DNA of 63,928 nucleotides, the filler included, from Psammoneis japonica (Eukaryota): assembly GCA_008632985.1 (NCBI GenBank). It is 4 parts of 4 records of this genome, joined end to end, with 100 filler letters (N's around TTAATTAATTAA, not from the genome) between each part and the next. Parts side by side here need not be neighbours in the genome. Positions count along the whole stretch, not along the records: positions 16,347 to 32,388 come from QPGO01000486.1; positions 32,489 to 48,496 come from QPGO01000487.1; 2 more parts are not named here. One strand, 5' to 3'. The notes below the pieces were generated by a model that saw only the letters and a list, made by a program, of their open reading frames with translations, was not told the origin of the DNA and did no database searches. Positions within the stretch are counted from its first letter, which is position 1; each line of letters opens with the position of its first letter. The position numbers were made by a program, and so were the translations under genes. Of the stretch, positions 24,809 through 38,400 are shown piece by piece.

Positions 24809-27384
24809 ATGGCTTCGTGGTATACAGAAACAACAATATTGTCGTCGCTGTTGTCTGCTGCTTACGTCATAACAACACCGATGCCGTTCAAGCATACCGG
24901 TCAAGCCCGGAAGCTTTTTCCAATTTCTAACCTATCTCTACGCGGAACGCAAGTTTATTCTTGTCATCTTGATTCACTTTGTTTGTACCATGGTAATTTG
25001 GGGTGAGTAGAGTATATTGTATGATTGAGTTGTGTGTGTGTGTGTGTGTGATTTGCTATACTCATCTCAAACATACCGCCGCACCTCTATACCGTACTCC
25101 CTAACATAATACTACAGCACACTTCTTTGTGGTCAAGTTTCATCAACAAGAAAACAAAGTACCCGAGGACGCAAATCGATATTGGTGGAAACGTCTCGCT
25201 CCGCCACTCGAGTTTGGAGCCATGCATGCCATTTTGTTTCAAATGGCATTCCTACCGCTCACCATGGCTCGGCTCTCCATTGCGGCAGCCTCCAAAACAT
25301 CTCTCAATACGTACTTTCCCTTCAACAAGAGTCAGCGCATTCATATTCATTTGGGATACGTCTTTGGGAGCATTGTTGTGATTGCCACGATTTTCTTTTT
25401 TGCCTTTTTTGGATTGCTTTGTTCCGATGGCGAACAAGCGTTTTGTGACAAGTTTACGTCGGAAATCATGATTACGGGGTACATTACCGTGGCCTTTGTC
25501 TTGATTATCCTCTCTACATCATTCTTTCGAGATTACATGCCATACGAAGTCTTTTATGGCATTCATCATTTGGTATTTGCCATGTACCTGGTGGTCTTGT
25601 TGCATACGATCGATATCAACGTTCGAAAGGACGGACAGAATCGGAGTCAAACCTTCAAGTGGTTTTCGGCGACACTCTTGTACTACGTTTCGGACCGCCT
25701 TGCCATGCGGCTTAATCATCGCTACAAGACGCGTGTCTTGCAAGCCAAAATTGTCAAGAATACAAAGTCGAGTATGATTTTGCTACAGCTCAGACGTCCG
25801 TCCTTGTTTCAATACGAACCGGGTCAGTACGCGCATCTTCGGTTTCCCGACATTGATTCGTATTGGCATCCCTTTTCGATTGGAAGCAGTCCGGATTCCA
25901 ACGTGTTGGAGTTTTATATTGAAGTCTATGACGACAAATCGTGGACGGGAAAACTCTGTCAATTGTTGGGTAATGACGTTAGCCACGAGAATGTTCGTGT
26001 TCAAGTCACGGGCCCGTACGGAACACGCTTGGGTGATACTCATCGATACTCTCATGCCATGGCTATTGGCAGTGGTTCTGGTGTCGTTCCCATTTTGGGA
26101 CTCTACAAAAAGCACATTTGTCAGCTACTCCGATTGGACCCACAAACATACTTTGAAGAACAAGCTCAAATGCATTCGCAACTCAAGCGTATGGAACGAG
26201 CGCGAGAACAAACACGTGGATCGTGGCTCAACTACTTTTTGCGGTGTTCACCTCAACCGACCCGACACGAAATGGGCGTCATTTCGGGAATCTTTGATTC
26301 GAGCGATGCCGAAACCAAGGACTTGCGAGAGGCGGCCAAGCGTGCGTCTTTACCGATTTATGGCGTCAATATATTGATGCAACTGGTTGTCTTGGGAGTA
26401 ATCATGTTGGGATTGACCTTGTCGTGGAATACCATGCCGTTTGAACTCTACGACGGCATGCGAGAAGTGTTGATTGTTGGCTCGATTGTGTTTCAAGGCG
26501 CCTTTGCCGTTGTGTCGATTGGATACTGGGACCGCGGCTCGTTGCTGGCGTATGTTGATGTTTTGATTGTCATTGCTGGTGCCGTGGCCAATTGGTATTG
26601 GTTTGAGTACGACAAGTGGGCCAACTTTGAAGCGGCAGAGCATGTGTATTACATCTTGTTGTTTGGATACATGACGGCGCGGTTGTGGCATTCGGCCGTC
26701 AAGCCACGATACTGTTCATTGCGGAGCAGCTTGGAACGACAACACACGAGTTCAGCATTGGACAAGCTGCACTTTGTTTGGATTACGCGTTCATCCACCA
26801 ACGTTTTGAAGATTGCACCCACAATCATGCAAGAATGGAATGCGCTTGTTGCGGCGTGGGGATTGGAGAATGCCGTCAAGGTGTGTCAGGTTTCTATTTA
26901 CGTTACCGACAAGGACAAGGCCGCCGTGGGCTATCTCAAGCAGGAGTTGTCCAAGACGCCCCTTTACAAGCAAGGTGCATTCCATTATGAGCGTCCTGAC
27001 ATTTCCAAATTGTTGGAAGAGCATGCCATGGAACGCATTTATGATGAGAGTCGTCCCACCTCGTCTACCCTCTTGTGCTTTTGCGGATCTCCCAAGCTAT
27101 CATCAGTGATAAGCAAAGCCAAGACCATTGTGGATATATCAACAATGATTACGGGAAACAAGTACCACCAAATGGATTTCGTTTCCGAGAGTTACAGTGC
27201 CTACACGAAGCGTCCGTCGTCGTCGAACAATAGCAACGCGGTAGTTGTCGCTGCCTCGGCAAAGACGCCACAGTACAGTGTCTTTATGGATTCACCCAGC
27301 TTTATGGAGAAGCAACATTCGGGAGATGAATTGGATACGACGGATACCTTTGAAGACAATGAGGACCACCTTATTTCCATTTGA
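24809..27384 (+). CDS. NADPH oxidase (NOX/RBOH-like flavocytochrome) with a 4-TM insertion in the dehydrogenase domain
   Basis: Heme His (IHIHLG, IHHL..LLHT), FAD site HPFSI, GPYG, GSGSGVVP, extra hydrophobic helices, HFVW, FCGSP. Intron about 25003-25117. The exon 1 frame is uncertain. Confidence 0.85.
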
Positions 27385-27669
27385 GACTACAGAGGATCGT
27401 GGACGGCACGCAACTTTAGAATTGTTTTAGTTTACCTTGCGCATTTATAATTTATAACTACCTCAGCATACATTGATTGTCTTCAGCCTGTGATTCATAA
27501 CTACCCCAGCATGCATTGATCGATTTCAGCTTTTGTGTGTTAGTCTTTTCAATTGAGAACTAGATGCATTTACAATGCCTCCAGTTCCATTTGAGATGTG
27601 CATCTGGCTTTTAGAGGCACATGCTGGGAAGCCATTTTGCTTCATTTTTCCTTGAGCAACTTCCACAAG

Positions 27670-28520
27670 AAGCTCGAAAATGCCCAACCTGGCCTGATTG
27701 CGAAACTTCTGCGTGCAGCCAAGATGGAAGACTGCAATGGATCTCCAACTCCTGCCCTTCCCATCTCTGTTGGCAGTGACACAGAAGGCCCACCATTCGA
27801 TGAACCTTGTGACTGCCGATCTGTGGTTGGCATGTTGATGCATCCAGTGCCCAACAGCTGTCTGGACATCATCTGCACTGCCCATCAATTTGCTTGGTTC
27901 TCCTGTGCTCCAAAAGCCTCCCATGCCATTGCTGTCCAATGCATTCTTTGACACTTGAAGGACACGACTGACAAAGGGCTCATCCCAGCCCCAACCATGG
28001 ATCAACGACTTGATTGTCATGTTGATGCCAATTTTGTGGGTCTCTTCCATGTTGAGGATGATCAGGTTCCTGCTTCTGTTAAGTCTCGCACAGGATGTCC
28101 AAGCTGCAGCGGCCCCTCATGGTTTTGTCTCTGCTGTTGGAGGCAGAGAATGTTTCTCTCCCAATCAATGCATGGCCTCATTCCCCTTTGTGAGATCTTG
28201 AAGGAAATCAATGCACATGCTTTTGGTCAGCTGGACAGGAAGAATGGCATCACCACACATGCCAAGGCTTTCCAACCCACCAACGATGGAACCAATTCAC
28301 CCCCATTGCCTCTGCCAGCATCAGCTTGCTCACACGCCAAAACTGTCCCCACAAACCAAGCACACCATCGTGCCTTGTCACCAGTTTTGTGCTGAAGTTG
28401 AGGCTTTGGAGATCAAGATTGAGCCTGTCAGCTCTGCTGCACAGCTTGCTGACCAGTTTGCTGGGGGTTTGACTGCTGCTGATCTGTTCTGCACTTTTGT
28501 GGGGCCCTCATGGGCTGGCG
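27670..28520 (+). mobile_element. Decayed Copia RT/RNase H fragment
   Basis: QPGLI...MEDCNGSPTP, DCRSVVGMLMH, CHVDANFVG, SPQTKH, QLADQF; homologous to 38810-39660. TpA-free. Confidence 0.85.
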
Positions 28521-29639
28521 ACTGTTTGTCCTGCTTCTCTTGATTTTGCAGGCAGGCTGGGAGAAAATGAGTCAATTTGCTGCTGTTCTGTTGCTTTCCC
28601 CAAACAACAATGGCAAGTCTGCCACCCGTGGCAGAATGTGCAATCAAGGAATTGCTGCGGCAACATGAAGAAAACGCAGCAAGCCACCAAGGAAGAAGAG
28701 TGTCCGTCAACGGCTGTTTTGGAGGTCCTGCTTCACTTGAGCTGCACCAATGTAAAAGTGATGCAGGCTTCACACTTTTTCATCTTGCAGTCTTCTTTGC
28801 AAACATCCTTTTGAAATGCCTGGCACCACGTGCAAAGCTTTTGGGTCCATCAGGAATGAACCGCTCTCACAGCTCTTTTTGTGCTCGATCGACGACAATG
28901 GGGCGAACAACCCAAGGTCCAAATTGTCATGGGTCTTTTTGGCAAATGCAAATGACTGTGCACCGGAGTGGAGTGGCTTTCCATGAGACAACAAACGCCA
29001 ACGTTGGAAAACAGGGTGGGTCTTTTTTCAACAATGGCAGACTTGACAACATGCATTGATTGACCAAGGTGGCAAAACACGCCACGTGTGCACCAACAAC
29101 AGCATCATCATTTCTGCTCGACAACAACAGGGGATGATTTCGATTGGTGTTGTTGGTTTGGTTGTTGATGTTGAAGTGAAGTGCGGCATTGGCGGCCTCT
29201 CTTTTTGGCACGCACCGGCCGGCTGGCACGCACCGGTGTGACTGCACCTATGTGGGTGACAGACGGACGGACCAACCGGATGGCCACATAGTACGCCCGC
29301 CTAAAACCAACATGCGTGCAGCGCAACGCTTGAACCGCACGATCGTTCATCGCGGGAATAAGCATGCAAGCAGTTGGAAGTTGAAGTTATTGGTTATTGT
29401 TCTGTTGTTCTTCTGTTATCCCATTGCTTCATTTAATTCGTTCCTGCCCTTGTCTCACGGGCAAGCGTCGCTGTTCTACAGCATAATCGATCTCGCCTTG
29501 TTGCCATTGTGTTGGTGCCTGTCTCCTTTGCAGTTGCGTTTCTGCTGAGCAGAGGAACCACCTCTTGTCTCGCGTCTCACCGATCCGGACTCCGCAATTT
29601 TGATTCTGCATCTCGCAGAAAGACACAAAAACAGCAGAC

Positions 29640-32388
29640 ATGCTTGGTGACATCATCGCCGGCATAGAAGCGGCTTTCAACTTGTGCGCCGTGATTTACA
29701 AGAGCTATGAAACGGTAAAGATCATGCCGGATTTGGCCAAGACCCTCAAGGACCGCGTACAAATATTCAAACCGCGACTCGAGAAACTCGTTAGGGAATG
29801 CCAGGCATCAGGCACATCACAGAAGGTAATTCCGCTTTTGCATATTCAAAGCTTGAACACGGTGTTGGGTGACATTCAAAAGTACATGAAGAAGCTTCAG
29901 GATGACTCTAAACTACGAAAGTTGAAGAATCGGGTGTTTTATCAGAGTCTCCTGGATGAATATGAAGAGCTCAACACCAAGCTCAATCGTTGTCGGGATG
30001 ATCTTAAATTTGACTTTGAGTTTGATGTCGATGCCGAGAGAAAAGCGTTTGAGAATGAAACGAAAGGTCTCCTACAGTGTCTTATTGATCATCAGGGTCA
30101 AGAGCACCGTATTCTGCGCGAGATGCTTTCTGAAGTCCTCAGGTTCATCAAGGGTCACAAAGCGCTAAATCTCAATGAACAAAACAGTCCTGCTATTGTG
30201 ACCGCTTCTGCATTTATGGACAATAGTGACTCTGCAACTCTACGAGCTATCATTGATGAGCAGAGTGCCATTGAATATGAACTCCCGCCATCGGAGGTCG
30301 TTTTAGAAGATATCGAGCTTGGAGCAGGCACCTTTGGTGTCGTATACAAGGCAACATACAATAATCAAGATGTTGCCATCAAGAAGCCTCATCGTCGAGA
30401 ATCGGATGTTTTGGCGGAACTCATGAACCAAGAAAGATGCAGCGGCTCGCCTTTTGTTGCCCTTATACACGGCTTTGTTTATGTCAATGAGATTCGGTCT
30501 ATTGTTATGGAGTTCATGCCATGTGGTACTCTAGGAGGTCTACTACGCCACGCAATGGGAAGGGATGGGATTGTGTCCATCAGCAAGGACCAGCAAAGTC
30601 TCGAGGCCACACTAGCTGCGTACACAGTAATTCAGCTCTTTCACAAGGTTAGTGAGGGAATGCGATTCATCAGTCAACGTAATGTGATACACCGCGACCT
30701 CAAGCCGGAGAATATTCTTCTAAGTCAAACTCTTGACCCCAAGATTGGGGATTTTGGGTCTGCTCGAGAGCTCGCAAACAGCGCGACTCACCTTTCGGGA
30801 TCCGCTGCTGGATCTGTATACTATATGGCTCCGGAAGTATTGACGGTCCTTAAAGCTGACAAAGGACAATACTCCTATCCTGCCGACCAGTACAGTTTTG
30901 GAATGATCATGGTTAAATGCTGCCATGGTCTGTTTGGTCAGCAGTCTCGTGTGGACCGGCACGACGAGGACGCGCCTCTTCCAGAGATTCCTCTTCCTGA
31001 TGCGTTCCCTTCTTCGGTAACAGATATCAAGAACAATTGCATTGCTTCAGACCCATTGATGCGCTATGGTCGTGGCACCGCTTCAGAATCACTTCTATCA
31101 GAAGCGTTCGAGAAGGTACTGCAGCAATTGGATAGCTCTGTCTCTTATCCAAAGATTGATGGGTATTATGGTGACGACGTTGCAGAGGTGGCAAATATTG
31201 CTCGGATCGCTTTTGAGAGTAAGACGCATCGTGGGGTATCTGGCATTATAACTTCGTCCTCATCGCTGATCCCAACACCCGGCATGGAGAAGAAGCCATT
31301 GAAGGACGGAGAGCCGAGCTACTCCACCGCGTCCTTGTCACATTCGTCTACATCCGCGAAAGAACCGGTTCCTCGTGCAAGGAAGGAGAAGAAAAAGAAG
31401 AAACCGACTGCTGATCTCCGAGTTCAAAAAGAGCAAAGTGCATCGTCTCGCAGAAAAAAGCGTCCTGATCTCCGAGTTCAAAAAGAGCAAAGTGCATCGT
31501 CTCGCAGGAAAAAGCGTCCAACTCGTTCCGGCAGCTCGAAAGAAAAAGGACAACCAGCGCAAACTGGATCATCAGCAATTGCTTCAAGTGGTCACAATGA
31601 CAGTGCTGAAAGAGAACGGGGCGTTAAGGACGAGACGCAAAATACAAGCGAATATCATAGCCGCACCAGTCGGGAGAGGTCCGTCAACAGCACAGCCACA
31701 GCAAGCCTTGCGCTATCGGCTGCCGCGTATGTCGCGCCAGATGCTTTCACAGTGACGTCTGGAGACCAAGCTGCACAACCCGAAGAACCGGACAGAGATG
31801 ACCGCGTCACAGTTACTTCAGATTCCAACAAAGTGATGGAGATGGATCCAGCACAAGTCGTAGAGGCGGTTCCTGCTACTTCTGATGGTGGTGGTGGCGG
31901 ACAGAATGAGAAAGCAAATGACACAACGCGAATTAGTGACGAGGATGAGAATGCTGAAGATGAGCTTCATCGCAAGTACCTTCGCAAACGATTCATTATT
32001 CCGGGCGTTGTATTGTTGGCGATTGCAGCGATTGTCAGTATTGTTGTTTGCAGTAAAGCCGTGGGACACAGGTGGTGGAGGGAGCCCCACTTTCCCCCCT
32101 ACTGTTTCCCCTACTGTTGCACCCGCCACAGAGACTACCGAACGAGCCACCGGTTTGGTCATGAGTTTGATTGGTATTGATACCGAGTTTGATGAAAATG
32201 ATTCCGAGTTGTGGGCTACGGCAACCAAAGCATTCGTCGAGGATTATTACAACACTCGTCGTCGTCGTCGTGGCCTTGGCTATCTCCAGACCCCTCGTAT
32301 ATTACAAGTATCGAATATACAGAATGTCGAGACGTCTTTGGATGTTACTAACACCATTGTGGTTGAAGATGGCAATGGTGGAGAACCA
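29640..32388 (+). CDS. Protein kinase with N-terminal MLKL/MCAfunc-like helical bundle, low-complexity linker and single TM; runs off the scaffold end
   Basis: LGAGTFGVVYKA, VAIKK, HRDLKPENIL, DFG and APE are intact. Amphipathic N-terminus MLGDIIAGIEAAFNLCAVIYKSYETVK. An extra T near 32047 shifts the frame relative to the copy at about 16960. Confidence 0.88.
31412..31519 (+). repeat. 54-bp coding tandem repeat (DLRVQKEQSASSRRKKRP x2)
   Basis: Direct reading of sequence and translation. Confidence 0.9.
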
Positions 32389-32488
32389 NNNNNNNNNNNN
32401 NNNNNNNNNNNNNNNNNNNNNNNNNNNNNNNNTTAATTAATTAANNNNNNNNNNNNNNNNNNNNNNNNNNNNNNNNNNNNNNNNNNNN
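32389..32488. other. Artificial scaffold spacer
   Basis: N-run + TTAATTAATTAA + N-run. Confidence 0.95.
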
Positions 32489-35400
32489 TCGCGCGCTTCA
32501 ATTTTCAAATTCCGCCATCAAAACTCTGCTCGACATTGCAGTCATAATTTTCAGTCAGCGACTTTTGCAACAACAACAGTTGCTAGTTTACAACCTTGAG
32601 CATCAGCTCTTTTGACATCTGCAGTCACACATCGGCATGACAAGTGGTCATCGAGCCCAAACGCAGTGTGTAGAGTCTTTAACCGGAGCTGCACCGATCC
32701 ACCGCGTTCTCGTCGAACGCGACAGTCATCTCAAGCCGTCGATCGTCCGTTTCAAACGGAATCGCCATTCATCGATTCGACAGACGTCTCCAGTCTATCG
32801 ACGTCGACACTACGTACAGCTGAGCCTCCCTCCTTCGTCGATGGGCTCGTGCGCATTTTCCCGCCACCGGAACCGATCCACGGAGCCGGAATCATCATCG
32901 TCAAGCGTCGTCATTTTCGGCCGTTGCGACACAAACCCGGATTGAGTCGTTTCGAACTCTCCGAGTCTATGCCAAGTCCAGACCTGCCTCTCACGCTATT
33001 CGACGACGATGCTCTCGTCACCGATTGATTGTTGAGCTTCTGCGGCAGTCTCCCAACGATGCGGCATCAAGAACTTCATTTTGCCGTTTGTGTTTCAAAC
33101 TCTACGTAGCTTCAGTGCCAAGTTCTATGCATTGACTCAAATCCACCATGGCCGGAACGCCGTCAAAGACTCCGTCCAAGACCCCCAAGGGTGCCAAGAC
33201 TCCGCAACAGAGGAGTCAGACTCCTCAACCTTCTCGAACCGGCAATGGGACATCCACTGCTCCCGCTGGTGATGACAGCAGTTCCACCACAGGAGCTAAT
33301 CAACCTCCGCCTCCTCCAAGGCGTGGAGGGATCCATCCAGAACATGGGCAACACATGGGCGGTTCTCCGTCAGACGACGACTGCAAGCCCAAGCCACCTC
33401 GTTCCTGCCGCTCAACTGACCAGTCTCGCGACAAGAAGATTCTACCGCACATCGAGCGCACTCTTCGCGAAGCTCGAGACGGAACACTCGTCGTCAAGTT
33501 TGACGGAAACCTCGAGCTCACTGACACGACCTCCAACGAGCTCGATCAATCCCACTTCGTTCAGGCCATCCGCACCCTTGTCAAGGAGCATGGCTTGGAG
33601 AACTTCTTCGCTGTGAAGCTCGAGAAGAAGGTTGTGTCGCTCTTCGACCATCTCCACTCTTTTACGGTCGACGAGGTGATTGCCGAGTACCTTCATCGCG
33701 CCAACGTCGCCAAGAACTTCACTGCCTGTGACGATTGCGAGCACAATGATGTCGCTCTCTCCCGATTGGTTGTTGAGTCTAGAATCTCCCACCGATTCCG
33801 CGAGAAGATCGAGGTCCAATTCGGTCATGACGATCTTTTTTGAGCACTGCCCCGGTCAAGTCTATTTGATGATGGCTTTGGACACTTGCAATGCGTCTGC
33901 CGCACATGACGTTGCCCAAGCCGCCGAGGACCTCGATGCTCTGTCGCTTGCATCCTACCCGGGTGAGGACGTGGCTGAGTTCGCCACCGAAGCTCTCCGT
34001 CTCACCAAGCTGCTCCAAGCCGGGCATGCGTCACCTGTCGACCTCGGGTCGAGCATTCTCAAGAAGTGCCAGAAGACCTCATGTGAGGCATTCAATCGCA
34101 AGATTTACACCAAGTTGGACAAGGTGTCGACCATGGAACACAAGTGTCGCCTTGGCGATCCCAAGGCGATTGCCGCGGACTCCGACTGTGATGAACTCGG
34201 GCCTGCAGCGTGCATTTCCTTCTTGCAGAAGGAGCATCGCTTCTGCGTTGCCGACAAGGATTGGCCCGGACTTTCCACCAAGCTCCCTCAGAGCAACAAC
34301 GCTTCCAAGACAGGAAAAGGGGCCTGCAACGCATGTGGTGCTCCGGACCACTGGGCCAACGATCCCAAGTGTCCCAAGCATGCCGAACGTCAGAAGCGCA
34401 AGAAAGAGAAACGTGAGCAGCGTCGACAGAACAGTCGCAAGGACAACCCGTCGGTTCCACCTGCCACTGCACCACCTCCTGCATCTTCCGTCACGGTTGA
34501 CACTGTCCCTGCTGACAAACAAGCCAAACTCAAGGAGTTGCTCACCAACGAGCCCCATCGTTACACCCGTCCGCAGACCTGTCCAAACCCATCGTGAACA
34601 AGCACGGTTCGACCACGCATTTTTGTGGAAAGTGCACTTGCAAGCACACCGGCATTCAGGGGATGTGTGCAAATCACAAGGAGTCAGATCATGTTCGCAA
34701 ACCACCGAAACAAGAACCACCTGCGGCCAATCTCACCTCCATTGACGACCCAGATTCGGGCGTCCCACCTGGGCCACCCGCTCAGACTACTCCAGACCCA
34801 ACCAATGCGCCCGAGCCCTCTCCTGCTGAGGACGAGCTTGTTTGGACTGGATTCCATTGTTGTGTGGTTGAGGGCTCGTCTCCTCCCACCCCGTCTGTCA
34901 TGCGAGTCTCCTGCAAACCCGCTTCTGCGTCTCAGAGGGAGCGCCCACCAGTTGCAGTCGAGACCGTCGCACCTGAAGATGCTGACGACTTCAGCGATTA
35001 CTTCGATGCACATGACGACCTGTCTTGGGACGATTCCATTGTTGTGTTTCCGCCCAAGACTCCTCCTTCATCCAGTGTCCCCACTTCGGGTGCTCCGGCT
35101 CCTGCGGCTGAGTTCTTCTTTGATGCCGAGTCCGGACCCGACCCCGCGCCGGATCCACCGGTTCCCCAAGCTCACCATCTGTTGCTGTGGGATCTCCTCA
35201 AGCTCCCGCTCTTTTGGATCTCTGCAATGCTTTGGGAAGGTCTCCTGTGGCTTGTCTGCTCCCAGGATGATCCCCCCCCTCCTCCCCGCTGTGAACGTCG
35301 CCTCAAGCACCGCCCTGCGCTGCATCGCTGCCCCCATCATTGGGGCGTGATTGCGTGCGCGATTGCGCTTTGGCATTTTGTGCACGGCGGCGCTGTCCCT

Positions 35401-38400
35401 CCCCACCCCTTTCAATCATTGGACCGCCTCTCTTCTCAAACATGCGAAGTTGTCTCCGCTCTCGATGAGCGCGTCGATCTGTCGCCCGGCACGTTCGTCC
35501 AGCACCATGCCATCAAGGTCAGACAATTCAAATGTGAGTTGGCGCGCTCAGAGGGAGACAAGCAAGACACCGCCACTCCACCTTTCGAACTTTCCGAGTT
35601 GGTTGACAAGAGTGACAACGACGATTTCTTTGATGCGCACACGGAGCTCCCCGTCCATGCGGAATGCTTCTTCGATGCTGACACCTTCCGCGAGTCTGAC
35701 TGCTCGAGCCCGGATGTCTTTTGGCATTGCTGACTTGTGTCACGCCTGCCACTTCGTCGACTGCACCAACACTCTGGAGCTCGCTGCAGAGGATCCATCA
35801 GCTTCCCCTGCTTTGCCGACCTCTGCTGCACTTCGTGCCATTTCCAGGGAGACCCAACTTGCGCGTCTCACCGCTGATCCCCAGGCCCTCTTTTCATGTC
35901 GGACCAAGTGATCTCCAGGTTGTTTTTGATGCTGGTGCCTCGCAGGCCATCACTCCTGACGAGAAAGATTTTGATGGTCCGATCAAGTGCCACCGGACCC
36001 CGCTCCGCCTCGGCGGCATGGCTGACGGCATGTGCATCACTGGTGAGGGCACCGTCACGTGGACCTTTCAAGCCAGGGAGGGTCACGAAATTGCCATCCA
36101 GCTCCGCGCCTGTCTCGTCCCGTCCTCCAAGGTTCGCTTGCTTTCTCCACAACGTCTCTTCCATGCAGACGGCATCAAAGGACATTTTTGGGGTGACAGT
36201 GAGATTTTCAAGGTTTGTTTCGCAGACACGCCGGAGTTGACGCTCGAGTGCGACGAGCGCTCCCACTCACCGGTTGGCCACGCGACTCTCGGTTCCATCC
36301 ATGCACCACAAGTCAATTTGAGCGCCATTGGCGACCCGGACAACCTCAATCTGTCTGCTGGACAGAAGCTTCTCAATGAATGGCATGCGCGCTTTGGGCA
36401 CTTACATTTTCCCAAGATCCAAGCTCTGCTCCGCGGCCATCCGTTCGAGGCCATGAAATTCAAGGCAGCATCCAAATGCGACATTCCAAAATGCGACACA
36501 TGCGAACATGCCAAGGCTCATCGCCGTTCTTTGAAGTCCACCATTCACAAATCCGACCCTAAGCGCGATGGAGCGTTGAAGGCTGACCATCTCAATCCGG
36601 GCCAGTCCGTCAGCATCGACCATTTTGAATCGCGTCTCAAGGGCCGCACCCATGATTCATGCGGCAAACCGTCCTCCCAGCAGCATGTTGGCGGCTGTGT
36701 CTTTGTCGACCACGCCTCTGGTTACATCCACGTTGAACACCAAGTCAGTTTCTCCGCTGTCGAGACTGTTCAAGCGAAACAGGCACATGAGACCATGGCA
36801 ATGGGACACGGCGTGATCGTCCAAACTTGCCTCACCGACGGTGGTGCTTTCAAGGCCAACCAGTTCGTTTCCCACATCCACAACTCCCAGCAACGCATGC
36901 GCTTTTGTGGTGCCAACGCTCATCATCAAAATGGTGTTGCCGAATGCTCCATTCGGCCCATCTCCAACATGGCTCGCGCCATGATCCTCCATGCTTCGAT
37001 TCACTGGCATGGCGGCATCGACAGCTCTCTGTGGCCCATGGCAGTGCACTGTGCTGCCCACATCTATGACACCACTCCCGGCGCCCATGGTCTGTGTCCC
37101 GCCGATGTCTTTGCTGGCACTGCCGTCCCACGCCACCACCTCCGCGATCTCCACGTTTGGGGTTGTCCCGTCTACGTCTTGGATCCCAAATTACAAGAGG
37201 GCAAGAAACTTCCCCGTTGGCAGCCGCGTTCTCGGCGTGGTGTCTTTCTCGGACTCAGTCATGTTCACGCCAGTGAGGTGCCATTGGTCCTCAATCTCAA
37301 TGCTGGCTCCATCACTCCCCAGTGCCACATCGTGTTTGACGATCTCTTCACCACGGTTGCTTCGATCGCGAGGGAGAGCGAACCACCAGACCACTGGGAA
37401 GAATTGTGGTTGGAGAATGCCACTCAAATTCCCTTGGACTTGTCCGACAGACCGTTGTTCCTTCAAGACGACTGGCTTGCTCCTGCTGAACTTGAACAGA
37501 AATGACGACATGAGACTGGGGAACGCAATGTTTGCGCTGCACGTCAACAGCAGCAGAACTTGCCGAAACCCGCTGAGAAACCAACACCTGCAGCGGATCC
37601 TTTGCCAACTCCACATCCACCGCCGTCTGCACCATCGACACCAACAACTGCAGTTGATCCATCACTGACACCACCGCCACAAACACTGTCGCTTCAAAAC
37701 CCATCATCGCCAACGCCTCCAGTTGACGATCCTCCACCTTCAGTCGCACGTCCGCCATCTGCTGCTGGCGATGGTCCGGGCACATCAGTCCCATCCATGA
37801 CTGCTCCAGCCCCACCTGAACCTTCATCCACGACTGAGACACCAGGGGTGCGCCGATCCCAACGGTTGAACAAGGGTACGCGCACAACCACTCATTTCGC
37901 CGACGAAGCATGTCTGGCTTCTGTCATCCCTGATGATGTTGGAGGACAACAGGCTCAGCTTGCCTGTTTGGCTGAGATCCAGACTGGCTGTGATTCGGGT
38001 GTTTTGGACATTCAGGACCCGCGGATCTACGCCGCTAAAGTCAAACGCGATGCGGACAATCCGAGTGTTCGCGAGGCTCTCTTGGGTGATTTTGCCGAGC
38101 AAAGCATTGAAGCCATGAAGACGGAGGCATCTGCTCTCGTCCATCGTAAAACGTGGCAATTTGTGAAATGGGAGAAGTCAATGAATGTGCTCAAGTCCAC
38201 GTGGGCATTCAAGTTGAAACGATTGCCGGGTGGCACGCCGCTTGAGTTCAAAGCGCAATTTTGTGTCCAAGGAGATCTGCAAAAAGAGGGAGTTGACTGC
38301 TTCGAGACCTGCGCTCCAGTGGTCCAATGGTCGACCATCCGTCTCGTGTTGAGCACTGTCCTACAAGAAGGATGGACCACCCGTCAGGTCGATTGCACCA

